Shown one piece after another: positions 13,121-26,100 of a DNA stretch of 64,000 bases. Both the position numbers and the translations under genes were made by a program. Every line of letters begins with the position of its first letter. The first letter of the stretch is position 1. The stretch is from Rhizophagus irregularis (lineage: Eukaryota), in the NCBI RefSeq assembly GCF_026210795.1, contig NC_089429.1, forward strand, positions 5,394,001 to 5,458,000. The letters are read 5' to 3'. The notes beneath the pieces are model-generated. The model made no database searches and had not been told where the DNA came from. It saw nothing but the letters and a program-made list of their open reading frames with translations.

Positions 13121-14029
13121 AACTCTAGTTCATATTCCTTACTGTAACATACAGTGATTTTAGTACATATTTTTATATCCAAAATACCAAATATTTAATA
13201 CTGAGTATTACCAAAATCAATGCATATTATATTATAGAATATTGCATATTATGCATTAGAAATAGTATATATAACTTTATTAAAGATGGCCATTTTTTTA
13301 AAATCAAAAAAATAATAAAACAATAAAAATAACAAAAAAAATAAACAAAAAAAAAATAAATAAACAAAAAAAAAATAAACAACAAAAAAAAAAATAAACA
13401 ACAAAAAAAAAAATAAACAAAAAAAAAAAATAAACAACAAAAAAAAAAATAAACAACAAAAAAAAAATAAACAAAATAAAATAAAAATAACAAAAAACAA
13501 ATGATTTGCATAGTATATTTTAAAATTTATAAGTAATTAATTTTATGATCATGTAAATCACTTTACTGATGCAAATATAATAATCATTTGTTTTTTCTTA
13601 TTTCTATATATTTAATTTTTTCCTTTTTATTTTTTATTTTTTTTTATTTTTTTTTTGTTAATTTTATTTTTTTTTGTTAATTTTTTTTTTGTTAATTTTA
13701 TTTTTTTTTATAAATTTTATTTTTTTTTATAATTTTATTTGCTAGTTTTATTTATTTTTTTTTGTTTATTTTTTTTTTGTTTATTTTTTTTTTTTTGTTA
13801 TTTTTTTTTTTGTTTATTTTTTTTTTTGTTATTTTTATTGTTTTATTATTTTTTTGATTTTAAAAAAATGACCATCTTTAATAAAGTTATATATATTTCT
13901 AATGCATAATATGCAATATTCTATAATATAATATGCATTGATTTTGGTAATACTCAGTATTAAATATTTGGTATTTTGGATATAAAAATATGTACTAAAA
14001 TCACTGTATGTTACAGTAAGGAATATGAA

Positions 14030-14768
14030 CTAGAGTTACTGCATGTTACTGTAGGGAACATGCGCCAGTAACATGTACCCAAATTAGCGCATGTTACAGA
14101 TGAGTAATATGCGCCAGAATTAACGCATATTACGGATAAGTAACATGCGCCAGAATTAACGCATATTACGGATGAGTAACATGCGCCAGAATTAACGCAT
14201 GTTACAGAAGCGTAACATGCACCAGAATTAATGCATGTTACGGATGAGTAACATGCGCCAGAATTAACGCATATTCCGGATGAGTAACATGCGCCAGAAT
14301 TAACGCATGTTACAGAAGCGTAACATGCACTAGAATTAACGCATGTTATGGATGAGTAACATGCGCCAGAATTAACGCATATTATGGATGAGTAACATGC
14401 GTCAGAATTAATGCATGTTACAGAAGCGTAACATGCACCAGAATTAATGCATGTTACGGATGAGTAATATGCGCCAGAATTAACGCATATTACGGATGAG
14501 TAACATGCGCCAGAATTAACGCATGTTACAGAAGTGTAACATACATCAGAATTAATGCATGTTACGGATGAGTAACATGCGCCAGAATTAATGCATGTTA
14601 CAGAAGCGTAACATGCGCCCAAATTAGCGCATGTTATGAATGAGTAACATGCGCCAGAATTAACGCATATTACCCATCCGTAACATGCGTCTGAATCACT
14701 GCATGTTACAGATGGGTAACATGCGCCCAATTTATCGCATGTTACGGATGAATAACATGTGTCTGAAT
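14030..14768. repeat. 36-bp hairpin minisatellite, right arm (~20 units, inverted)
   Basis: Reverse complement of the left array. It continues at 17752-17810 after the hAT insertion. Confidence 0.93.
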
Positions 14769-17751
14769 TAGTGGTCCGATCTGTGGATATGAAATCCGGA
14801 TATCTGTACAGATATGTGGATATCCGGATATAAATTTTAAGTAACGGATAGAAAATTACGGATATACAGATATCCATGGATATCTGTGCAGATATCTGTT
14901 ATGCATGTTAATTTTGTATAACGGTTGATCAAAAAACGCGAATTCGCGTAATAAAATGTGATATTGACTAAAAAAGTGTTACTTTATAGATTTTTAGTCT
15001 AGCCTTTTTATGACAATGTCCAGTGAAAATTTAGCAGAGATTCCGCAGCCAGAAAATTTTGAAACCTTGACTCCTAGAACAAGTGGATCAAAAAGACCAA
15101 GGCAAAGGGTACGTGAACCATTAAACCAGCAAAATTTAGATCAAAATGAACCTATAGTTGAGTTAGAATCAGATACAGACATAAATGACCAGCAAAAAAC
15201 TGGTAGAAATAATGTAAAACGAAAAAAAACTTCAATAAAAATAGACTTAAATAAAATAGCTGACCAACTAGTTTTAATTCCAAATGCCAAGCCACCAGGA
15301 CAAAGTTGGATATGGGGTTACTTTGATCAATATGAACCAATTGAACAATATAAAAGGATTGTAAAATGTTTAGTTCAAGTTCAACGGAAAAATGGTGTAG
15401 AATCGTGTGGTCATTTTATGGGTTCTGATAATTCTACTGGCAATTTTATTGTTCATCTTGCTTCACATCGAATTACTGAGGAAAGTCATAAAAGAAGGAT
15501 GGGCGAGATACAAAAAAATAATCAGTTATCACAAACCCGCATAGATGAAATTATTCGAAATAATCCAGATGTCAAAAACTGCCGGGACAGAAAATTTGTT
15601 GGAATTTTAATTAAAGACAATAGACCAATTAGTATATGTAATGATGAAGGTTTAATTGAATTTATTCGCGAATTTGATTCAAATTATCAAATTCCAAGTG
15701 ATAAAATAATTCACCAACTATTAGCCGAAGCATACAATCAAATCAAAGTTGTTTTAGTAAAAAAATTTAATGAAGAAATTATTTCTTGCTCCATAACAAC
15801 AGACTTATGGACTGCACGAAGTAGAAGCGGATACATTGGTGTTACATGTTCCTTTGTTAACAATAATTTTGATATTTGTGAAGCAATCTTAGCAGTTCAA
15901 TACGTACCTTATCCTCATACTGGTGATAATATTTGTGAAGTACTACATGATATTATTTCAAATTGGAATCTTACTGGTAAGATCTTTACAATGACGACAG
16001 ATAATGGTTCTAATATGGTAAAAGCTGGAAGATTAATGAATGAGCTTACAAGACTTCCTTGTACAGCGCACACATTGCAACTAGTTGTGGGGAAGGGATT
16101 ATTGCCAGCTGAAGTTTTAATTGCACGAGCCAAAAGATTAATAAATTTTTTTACTTCACCCAAACAAACGGAAAAATTACTGGAAATTCAGAAAAGAACT
16201 AACCATATCAATAATAACGAAGTAATTAACAAAATTTTATTTTTTAAAAAAAAATTCTATTTTTCAAAGAAATATATTAACTAATTAATTTACTAATATT
16301 TTTATGCTACATTTTCATTACAGAATTTAGAAAAAAATGATGAATACCTTCGAATGATTGCTGATGTAGACACGCGATGGAACTCCAGTTACCTTGCATG
16401 GAAACGTTTAATAAAAATCAAAGATCTCATTGATATTCTGGCATCTACTATGTTAATTGATCCTGATCTCTCAACACGACGTGATGGGAAGCGACTGAAA
16501 AATATAAATCTAACAGAAAATGAATGGCAAGAAATAAGTAAATTAATCATAATCTTGGAAGATTTTGCTGGAGCAACTGAATATTTGGGCGGAAGTAAAT
16601 ACGCAACTATTAGTTTAATGTATAGCGTTTTAGCAATGATTAAACAAAAGATTTTACCAGATAATGATTCCAATGTGGAGGACATAGACTTAACCAATTC
16701 GGATACAGCCTTTGATGATGATGTTGGTTATGAAGATGCTCCAGAAGATGAATCTATTTCTGAACAACCTAAACGGAGAAAAATTAATATTAATACGCCA
16801 CAAAATTGCACTGATCTTGAAAAACGTGTTAAAGCAGCACTTTACCGATCAATGAATCATTATTGGGAAGTTCCACAAGAGCAAGGGATGTTGGCTGCTT
16901 TACTGGATCCAAGATTCAAAGAACTTAGATTTGCCTCTAATTCATTGCGTATTAGAACCCAAGAACAATTGAAAAGTGCTTACCAAGAAATGAAAAATTT
17001 AACTAGTAATGAAGATCAAGAATCTGAATTACAGCCAGTGTCTTGTTAGCAAGGATGTTTCAAAATGATGCTATTAGCATTGACGAAGTAGCTAATTATT
17101 TAGCTCTCCCCAAGATTCATCATGATGATTGTCCTTTAACATGGTGGAGAATTAATAAGACTAGGTTTCCAGTGCTGTCAAAATTAGCAAGAAAATATTT
17201 GGCCATCCCTGCTACCTCTACTCCGAGTGAAAGGCTTTTTAGCGAAGCTGGTAATGTAATGACTATAAAAAGGACACAATTGGCGCCAAATATGTTAGAA
17301 AATTTGGTGTTTTGTAAGAAGAATTGGCGTCTAGCTGGAGGAGTTTTTCCATTAAAATATTAGTTGATAGTGAATAATTGAATAATGTAACAAGAAGCGA
17401 ACAATCTAATTGTTTCGTTTCGTTTTTTGCTTTTTGGGCGTAATTGAGAAATAAACTAACCGGATTTAGCTAATTTTCTTGCATCATTATCAAAAGAAAA
17501 GTGGCTTAGAAAAAATTTTTTTTATTGTAATAAAATAAACTATGCAAGTTTAAAATAAATTTAATAAAATTTTATCCGTTTTCTTATATTATTATCCGGA
17601 TAAATCTGCATCCGGATTATCTGTTAATTAAATTTATCTGCGCAGATTTACCCGGATTTAACCGGATTTTTTACGGGTAACAATCCGTATCTGTAATAGG
17701 GTCCGCGGATTATCTGTACGCGGATAAATGGATATCCGGATCTGACCACTA
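14769..17751 (+). mobile_element. hAT-superfamily DNA transposon (~3.0 kb)
   Basis: TIRs TAGTGGTC(C/A)GATC, 8-bp TSD GTCTGAAT (14761-14768 and 17752-17759), subterminal CGGATA/TCCGGA repeats and an internal transposase. The left foldback arm keeps the empty site. Confidence 0.95.
15010..17363 (+). CDS. hAT transposase (BED finger, RNase H-like DDE, C-terminal dimerisation domain); intron 16222-16323; frameshift near 17040
   Basis: SWIWGYF..C..C..H..H BED finger, TTDLWT, TTDNGSN, CTAHTLQL, DTRWNSSY, LLDPRFK, WW..FP.LSKLARKYLAIPATSTPSERLFS. A phase-0 intron joins the first two ORFs; the third ORF is out of frame. Confidence 0.93.
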
Positions 17752-19026
17752 GTCTGAATCACCGCATGTTACATTTGGGTAACATGTACAGTAATTAGCG
17801 TATGTAATGTGTTCCAAAATTAACATGCCAAAATTGCGCATGTTGGGCCAGAATTAAAAATCGGGTCACGTGACATTAAATTATGGCCCATGGGCCGCCC
17901 ATATAAGGTTATAACCTATGCATTTGTGACATAAATCGTAAGGTTATAACCTTTGATGATCACCCGAATGGGGTGAGATAAATATTTTAAGTTACATTTA
18001 ATATTGTTAAACCAAGCATATACTAATGTATTTATTTATATTATTAATAAAGTATTATTTTGTTAAACCTAAGGTGGCAAACGTGATTATCAAGGGCTTA
18101 GGTCTTACAGCGGATTGACGGATCAACACCTTAAATGTTTTTCTTAAAAAAAATTATTTTTTAAAACTGTTCTAGTAAATGTTTAATTATTTTTACTGTT
18201 ATTGTTTTTTTGTTTTTTTAAACAAAATTAACATTACTACAACTTATAGTTTTTACTTCTCATGATTCTTAAATCTATGATTTATTATTATTAAAGATGA
18301 AACACAGGATTAAGTTTTTTTTCTTAAAAAAAAAAAAAAGTCTTATCAATTTACGGTATGTAAATTACGGCATCACGGCATTACTGTATTTACGACTTAC
18401 AACATTTTACTACGGTAAACGGAATTAAATTATTTACGACATACTGTATTACTGTATGTACTCATTATACTGTAAATGATAAATTAGGGAATTTCAGTGG
18501 CATCTATACCGAGATGAGGGCTCTTGAAAAATAAAGAAACGCGAAAATAGTGTAATGAAAGACTTAAATAAAGTTGGTTGTATTTGAATCTGAACAAATA
18601 TTAAATTATTGCGTATTGTAGACAATAATTTCACAAGTAATATTTATGACAACCTTGACAACCATACAAAATCACATGCTAAGAGACACTCGGCAATACT
18701 CAGTAAAATTCAGAGAATGAGACTAAGGTCTTTAAATTCGGAGCACTGATCCGAGTATATGGTTTTTATTTCATTCTAACCTCTGCCGAGTTTTTTCGGA
18801 AAGTAATAAAAGTGTCTCCCGTAACTTATGAAAACAGCAGTAATGAAATGTGAAAATGATGTACAGTACAACCGAGTTTCTTTTATTATCCTAATTTATC
18901 CTTATTACGCGCTACTAGATGGTATGATATACATTCTGCGGATCGGCGGATATGAACAGACAATTTATCTATATAAAGCTCAAAATTCTCACTTGAAATT
19001 CTAAACTGTCGACTCCAAAAAAAAAC

Positions 19027-20335
19027 ATGCCAATTAAATTAGAAATTCAAGATTTATCGAAATATGTTATAATCCTTACTGGTGCAACTGATGGTAAAAT
19101 ATTTTTTTTCAAAATTAAAACTTTTCTTAGTATGATAATAATTCTTTTTATTTAATTTTAAGGCATCGGTAAAGAAATGGCGAGGATTTTAGCCAGATCT
19201 AATCCAAAGCGATTGATTTTACCAGCTCGTAATATAGAAAAAGGAAATAAGCTATTAGAATATATTAAATCTTCTAATGGGAATGCAAACAATGTTGAAA
19301 TTTGGGAAATGGATCTAGCAGATTTACAAAGTGTAAAAAACTTTGCTAATAAATTCATTAAAGAAGTCGGAGAATTACATATTTTAATTAATAATGCAGG
19401 TAAAAAAAAAAAATGAAAATAAAAATAGTGACTTATTAATCACGTTTCACGTTTATATATTTACTTATTTGAAATATTTTGTAGGATTAATCGTTCAGAA
19501 TCAAATAATTAAAACGAAGGATAACTTGGAAATACAATTTCAGGTAATTTACTACCTTTTTTTTCAAGTCGTTTATTTTGGTATTCGCTTATTAATTTTT
19601 ATACATTATTCAGGTCAATCATTTAGCACAATTTTTACTTACTTTATTGTTATTGGATACAATAAAAAAATCAGTTTCTGCTGAATTACCTGGAAAAATT
19701 GCATTAACTAGTTCAGAACTTAATTATTTTGGTGAAATTGATTTTGACAATTTAAACCTTGAAAAGGGTAATTATTGGAATTTTCTTAAATCCTATGGAA
19801 ATACGAAATTGATGGTAAATATTTAAATCAAATTTCATTTTTAATAGTAAAATCAAAAAAAATTTTTTTTTTATTTATATTATTTTTGATTTTTGATTTT
19901 TTTTTAAAAAAAAGAATATTATTGTTGCTAAGGAATTAGGCCGTTTAGTTCAAAACGATAGTAAGTATTATTAAAAAAAACTCATTTTTTTTACAGCATG
20001 AAAGAAAAATATTTTAACTCTTTTCTTTTAAATATGTAGATATTACAACATATTCGCTTCACCCTGGTTTAATTCAAACAAATGTAAGTCATTTAAATAG
20101 CACCTTCTCGAATATTTTAAATAGATTAATTATAAAAATAAGCGGAGAAATAACAGTTGAACAAGGTGCCATCAATACTCTCTATCCCGTATTTTCTCTC
20201 GAAAATAAAGAAACGGGAAAATATTATGATGAAGGTATTGAAACGGAACCAAATAAAATTGCTAATGATCAAGAAGTTGCAAAGAAACTATGGGATGTTT
20301 CTGAAAAAATATTAAAAGATCATGGAATGATCTAG
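19027..20335 (+). CDS. SDR, RDH12/WWOX-like (copy C), 6 exons
   Basis: Same motifs and intron positions as the other copies. Part of the B/C/D tandem duplication. Confidence 0.9.
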
Positions 20336-23116
20336 AAATTTTATTTTATTTTTAATTTTATCTTACTATTTTTATTATTGTAATAATTACTCTGTATTAT
20401 TTTATTTAAATAAAATAAATTAGCATTTCACTTATTGTCGTTGTATGATTCTGAATAAAATGCGAGGCAATAATTCGACTATAATTTTAGACTAAAATCT
20501 ACCCTATAAAAAAACTTTATCCGTTATTTCTGTAAAAACTCCATAAAAATGAGCTTTTCACGGATCCATTCACCGGAAATGTAAATAGTAAATCGATAAA
20601 TTCCGTGATATAAGGTTATTAATTCCGGAAATATGAGCCTTTTACGGAAAAAGATGGAATATAAAAAACGGATCGATTTTTTTACAAGGCTGGTCAGAAT
20701 TTAATAAAGTCGTTATAGGTACGAATTTCTTTGAAAACTTTAAATAAATATATGCTTAACCTTCTTAGGTCGTAGGTCGTACTATGCATACCTTCATTAA
20801 CTTGTAACTATCAATTTTTCGTGTATCGTTTCACATCATTCTTCAATGTATACATAACTCTTGGTTATTTTAAATTTTAATCATTCATACGTTTAAAATG
20901 CTATAACTTTATAGCATAATGGAATAAAAAAAAAATCTCTGTGATAATAAATCAAAGACTTTGACCATAATTAGGTTGTTCCAACTTTAATTGTTTGCTT
21001 AACGTCCAGATTTTCTATGTATAATGTAAAAATTCGTAAATCTTTAGAGTTTTGTTTTTAACATGCTTAAATAGACTATTATTGTGTTGTAAATTTAGCA
21101 AGCATAAAATTGTAACTCATGTTCTTGCCGTGTAATAAAGATTTTAATATACAATATTTCATCTATTATTGCGTCAATTTTTTCTTTTATTATCTATTTT
21201 ATTTTTTAATAGGACGTATCAAAGTAAGAAACGAAGGAACTTTTAAGAGAACCATATATAACTAGGAATACTTTACTGTTTTAGATATTCAAATTGGGTG
21301 TAAATGTCACAAGAGAAGTTCCTGTTACTCAATTTCATTGACATTAACGTGTTATGGAGTAGAAAAAAGTATGTATCTGTTTTGGGAGTAACGAAAATAT
21401 TTCATTTTTGAAGATATAGATTAGGGATAAAATATTATGACTTAAAACGATTATGTGTTAGCAACTTGCGTGTGAAAAAACGTTCGAATCGTTTTTTTAA
21501 TTAAAATAACGTTTCGTAACGATTTTTGTACAATAATATATTTAAAAGAACGTTTTGCATCGATGATAACAGAATATTCCCGGGGTAAACAATAACAACA
21601 TCTCATCAGGCATTACTGATTCGTCATCCGTCATCGGTAAATAAATGGATGATCCGGTTTCAAATCGGATAAATCCGTGGATTGGCGGATTGACGGATCA
21701 ACGGATCGCAACACCAGCCGTCAATCTCATTTAAATGTTTTTCTTAAAAATAAATTATTTTTTAAAACTGTTCTGGTAAATGTTTAATTATTTTTACTGT
21801 TATTGCTTTGTTTTTTGTTTTTTAAACAAAATTAACATTACTACAACTTATAGCTTTCACTTCTCATGATTCTGATCTTAAATCCACTCTATGAAAAAAA
21901 ATTCAACCAATAAATATCCGATAAATATCTTAAAATTATTCAATCAAAAAAATGTTCAGAATGGGGTCGATTTTCCGAATACTAATTTACACGATTTTGT
22001 ACGATGTTAATAGTAGTAGATTTATTTAATTTTTGACTTATTGCTATCATGAAATCATATATTTAATGTATTTTTATTATACAGTATATAATAAATTGTT
22101 TTATATATTTTCATCATAAAATTGTGCTTATATTATCATTATTATATTATGTTCTTATTATGTTTAAGTAAAATTACATTTTAAATGTATACATTCTACA
22201 TACGATTAATAATTTATTTACCTGCCGAAATAATAAAATCATTTCTTTTTTCCTGCAAAAAAAAAATTAAATTAGCTTTTCAATTTATTAATATGCTTAA
22301 ATGATCTCATACCATTAGACTTTGCAGATGGTAATTGTTTGGTTGGTGGATTAATAGTCTTGTTATTCAAATCAGCTTGAGTGCTTAACATATTAAAGTA
22401 ATATTAGATTAGTTTTTTAAAAACAAATTATTTGGTTTAAACTAGTACATACTTAGACCTAGAAGTACGAACGCGCAGTGTACGGTTAGAATTTTGAGAT
22501 TTTTTGACAGATAGATCTGATGATCCAATAGCGTCTCTAATATTTAAAGTATTACTCTGGATTTGAGTAATTAATGGAAGACGAGAGGTAATATTAGTAG
22601 TCATCGTAGTATTTGTATTTTGTTCTGGAAGTTGTCCTTTATCAATATTCTGAATATGTAAAAATTTAATTATGTTAATACCTTTGTATTAAAATAAATT
22701 TTAATAATTCAGTCTACTCACGTTTGGTCTAAGATCATTTTTGTCCGTATTACTCCTTTTGTTATGACCATTCATCTTGCGTTTTATCACCTATTCAATA
22801 ATAAACCATTAAATTAGTTTTATATTTTCCATATAATATAAATTCAGTAATAAAAAACTTGAATTAGAGTTTATGGTGTAATCCTTTTACATACGTTTAT
22901 TGTTCATTATTCTTCGCATCATTTGTCTGATAGCCCAGTCACAAGCTGCTAGGAGGAAACTTCAGATTTTTGCGTATGAACTAAAATTAAATGATATTGA
23001 CATACTTATTCTAAAATATTAGTAAGGAATCATATTGTTTACTCACTTTTTTTATAATTTCACTTTTTTCATTCTCAGGTATTTTTGATATTTTCTTTTC
23101 GTATTTAGCTGTGATC

Positions 23117-26100
23117 GAGTTGGACAAAATTATCAGACATTGTGTAGTAAAAAATCAAGCATGGCTGGACAAAATGTCACCCCGTGTCTGACATTTTACC
23201 TGTTTATGCTTGTCCCGTGCTTGATATTTATCTGTACGTGCTTGATGTTTTGTCTGTACATGATGCTTCTGTTCGTGCTTGGTAATTTTATCTGTCCGTG
23301 CTTGAGGTTTTATCTAACTGTACTTGATGTTTTTGTCCAACTGTATTTGATTTTTGTCAAAAATGTCAGCACAGGGATATTTTGTCAATCACATGTTTTT
23401 TAAGTTTAGCATAGTTTTTACACGAAGATTTTTTTTTTATTGGCTTTTTTTTTATAAAACAATTTTTGTAGAGAATTTTTATTTTTAGATAATATAGGCA
23501 AAGGCTTTTTTTGATAAAATTCTTTTGGAATTTTTTTTAATAAAAAGACTTTTTTTTGATAAAAAATTCTGTTAGAGAATTTTTTTATTGATATTTGATA
23601 GGGACATTTCTGGGTTTTTTTTTCGATGGATAATTTCGTTAAAAAATTTAAATTTCATTGGAGAATTTTTCTTTTAATAAGATTTTTTTGTTTGACATAT
23701 ACTTAATTTGTTGGAACAATTTTTTTAATAGAAGAGACTTTTTTTTTGATAGAGAATTCATTGAGAATTATTTTTTTTTGTAGAAAAATCTTTGGAGAAT
23801 TTTTTTAATAGGAAAGATTTTTTTTGATGAAAATAATTTTCAGAAATTTTTTTAACAAATGAGATTTTTTTTTGATAGAAAATTTCGTTAAGAATTTTTT
23901 TTTAATAGGAGGGAGTTTTCCTTGATAAAGAATTTCTTTTGGGAATTTTTTTAATAGGTGAAAGTATTTTTTGACGAAGAATTTTATTGGAGAATTTTTT
24001 TTTAATAGGGGGATTATTTTTGATAGAGGATTTTATTAAAGAATTTTTCTTTAATAGGAAGATAAATAATTTCGCTGAGAATTTTTTTTTGATAGAAATT
24101 TCATCATAGAATTTTTGTAAAGAATTTTTTTTTTAATAGGAGGGAAGTTTTTTTTTTAATAGAAATTCTTTTGAGAATTTTTTTTAATAGGTAAGAATCT
24201 TTGAATTTTTTTTAATAGGGAAATGTGTTTTTTGATGGAAGATTTTCGTTAGAAATTTTTCTTAATCGGGGATATTTTTTTTGATTGAGAATTTCATTAG
24301 AGAATATTTTTTTGATGGAGAATTTTGTTTAGAAATCTTAATAGAAAATTTTATTGAAAATAGTTTTTTTTTAATAAGTGTATCCAGAATTTTGGCTTGA
24401 AATTTTTTTTTAATAAAGAATTTCATATAGAGATCATTTTTTTTTTATAAAAAATTGATTGAAAAATTTATTAAATTTTACAATTTTAATAATTTTTTTT
24501 TTTTTTTTTGTTTTATTTGTTTCGTTTTAACAATTTCAGGTTTCTTGGAATTTATTTTTATTTATCTTATAATTTTCTTTAGTTTGGTATTTTTTGATTC
24601 CATTTTTAACTTAATTTTAATATTTTTTAAAAATATTTTTTTAATTTCATAAACAAATTTCTTATTATATAATCATATAATATTCATATATAACATAAAT
24701 TAAAAAGTTTTTAAAATAATGTTAGCTTTAAAAAAAGTATATAGCAGAAATTTGTTTGAAGTGTTTTTTCTTTTTATCATTAATAATATTAAACAATTGG
24801 CATAAAACATTTTTTGAAAGGTTTTTACTTCAAAATTCAAATCACCGGGGGTGATCATCACCGTTGGCCGGAATTATCAAATTTTACCGGCACTATATTT
24901 TTTTAATGCTGGTCGATTGTTATAATTTCAATCACCGGTGATCATCTGATAGAAAAATTCCTTTTGAAAATCTACTTTTTGAAAATCTACTATTTTTTAA
25001 AAATACTTTTAATATATATTGCTAAATGTCGCCTGGGAGATCATCGCCTGGGTTTTTTTTTTCAAATATGTCATATGATGTATCTAATTTTTGATCGGTT
25101 AATTATTGCAAAAGATATTTTTTTTGCAAACATACTGTATTTATTTATCGCAGTTTTCAGAATTCTGTGTACGTTGTGATGATTGAGTGATTATGATTGC
25201 AGGACGATTACAGGACGATTACAGGACAACATTGTCCGATTTTTGTCTGGTAATTGTCCTGTAATCTAATAATTTTTTTATTAGATAATCTATAGGGGTA
25301 GCACAATTTTGAAAAGTGCGATAAAATAATCTTATTTAATGAAATTTTATTTGCAAATATTAAAATTTAAGTCACGCATTTACGATTTTAAAGAAAAAAA
25401 TCACCATATTTATTTTTATTGAAGTGTACAAATAAAAGAAACAATAACAATAAATAAAAAAGATAAGTAAATTACAATGATCAAGGAGAAAGATGCTAAT
25501 AAAAAAATAAAATAACAATGGAGTAATGGAAAGTAATAGAAGATGAAAGGGAGTAAAAAAGAGTGATAGGAAACAAAAGGAGAAATAGGACATGATAAGA
25601 GATGAAAAGGAGTGATGAGAGACGAAAAGAAGTGATGGGAGACGAAGAGGAGTGATGGGAGATAAAAAGAAGTGATGGAGACGAAGAGGAGGAATAGGAG
25701 ATGAAAAGGAGTGATGGGAGAGTGATGGGAGATAAAAAGAAGTGATGGGAAGAAGAGGAGGAGTGATGGGAGATGAAAAGGAGTGATGGGAGATGAAAAG
25801 AAGATGAAGAGGATATTAAAATTGTAAAATTGAATAAAAATTTTCCAATCAATTTTTTATAAAAAAAAGATCTCTAATGAAATACTTTATTAAAAAAAGA
25901 ATATCAAGCCAAAATTCTCGATACACTTATTAAAAAAAACTATTTTCAATAAAATTTTCTATTAAGATTTCTAAACAAAATTCTCCATCAAAATTTTTCA
26001 ACAAACAATTCTCTAATGAAATTCTCAATCAAAAAAAATATCCCCGATTAAAGAAAAATTTCTAACGAAAATCTTCCATCAAAAAACACATTTCCCTATT

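Larger units (their letters stand above)
12250..17975. mobile_element. Foldback DNA element with ~1.1-1.2 kb inverted arms
   Basis: Termini CACCCCATTCGGGTGATC / GATCACCCGAATGGGGTG with 8-bp TSD AGATAAAT (12242-12249 and 17976-17983). Arms span ~12250-13400 and ~13750-17975; the right arm is split by a hAT element. Confidence 0.92.
11670..18109. mobile_element. TGTAA..TTACA element (~0.7 kb once nested inserts are removed); solo-LTR-like or Ginger-like
   Basis: GCGG TSD at 11666-11669 and 18110-18113. The sister duplicate at ~21680-21696 has the empty site ATTGGCGGATTGACGG. Confidence 0.8.

Noticed and set aside
13227..13511. Phe-rich ORFs here and at 310-552, 24455-24652, 25372-25852 and 26318-26578
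   Set aside because: They are translations of poly-T/A tracts and minisatellites.
12415..14768. 36-bp palindromic repeats as a CRISPR array
   Set aside because: The units are contiguous with no unique spacers, no cas genes are present, the context is eukaryotic, and the repeats form the arms of a TSD-flanked element.
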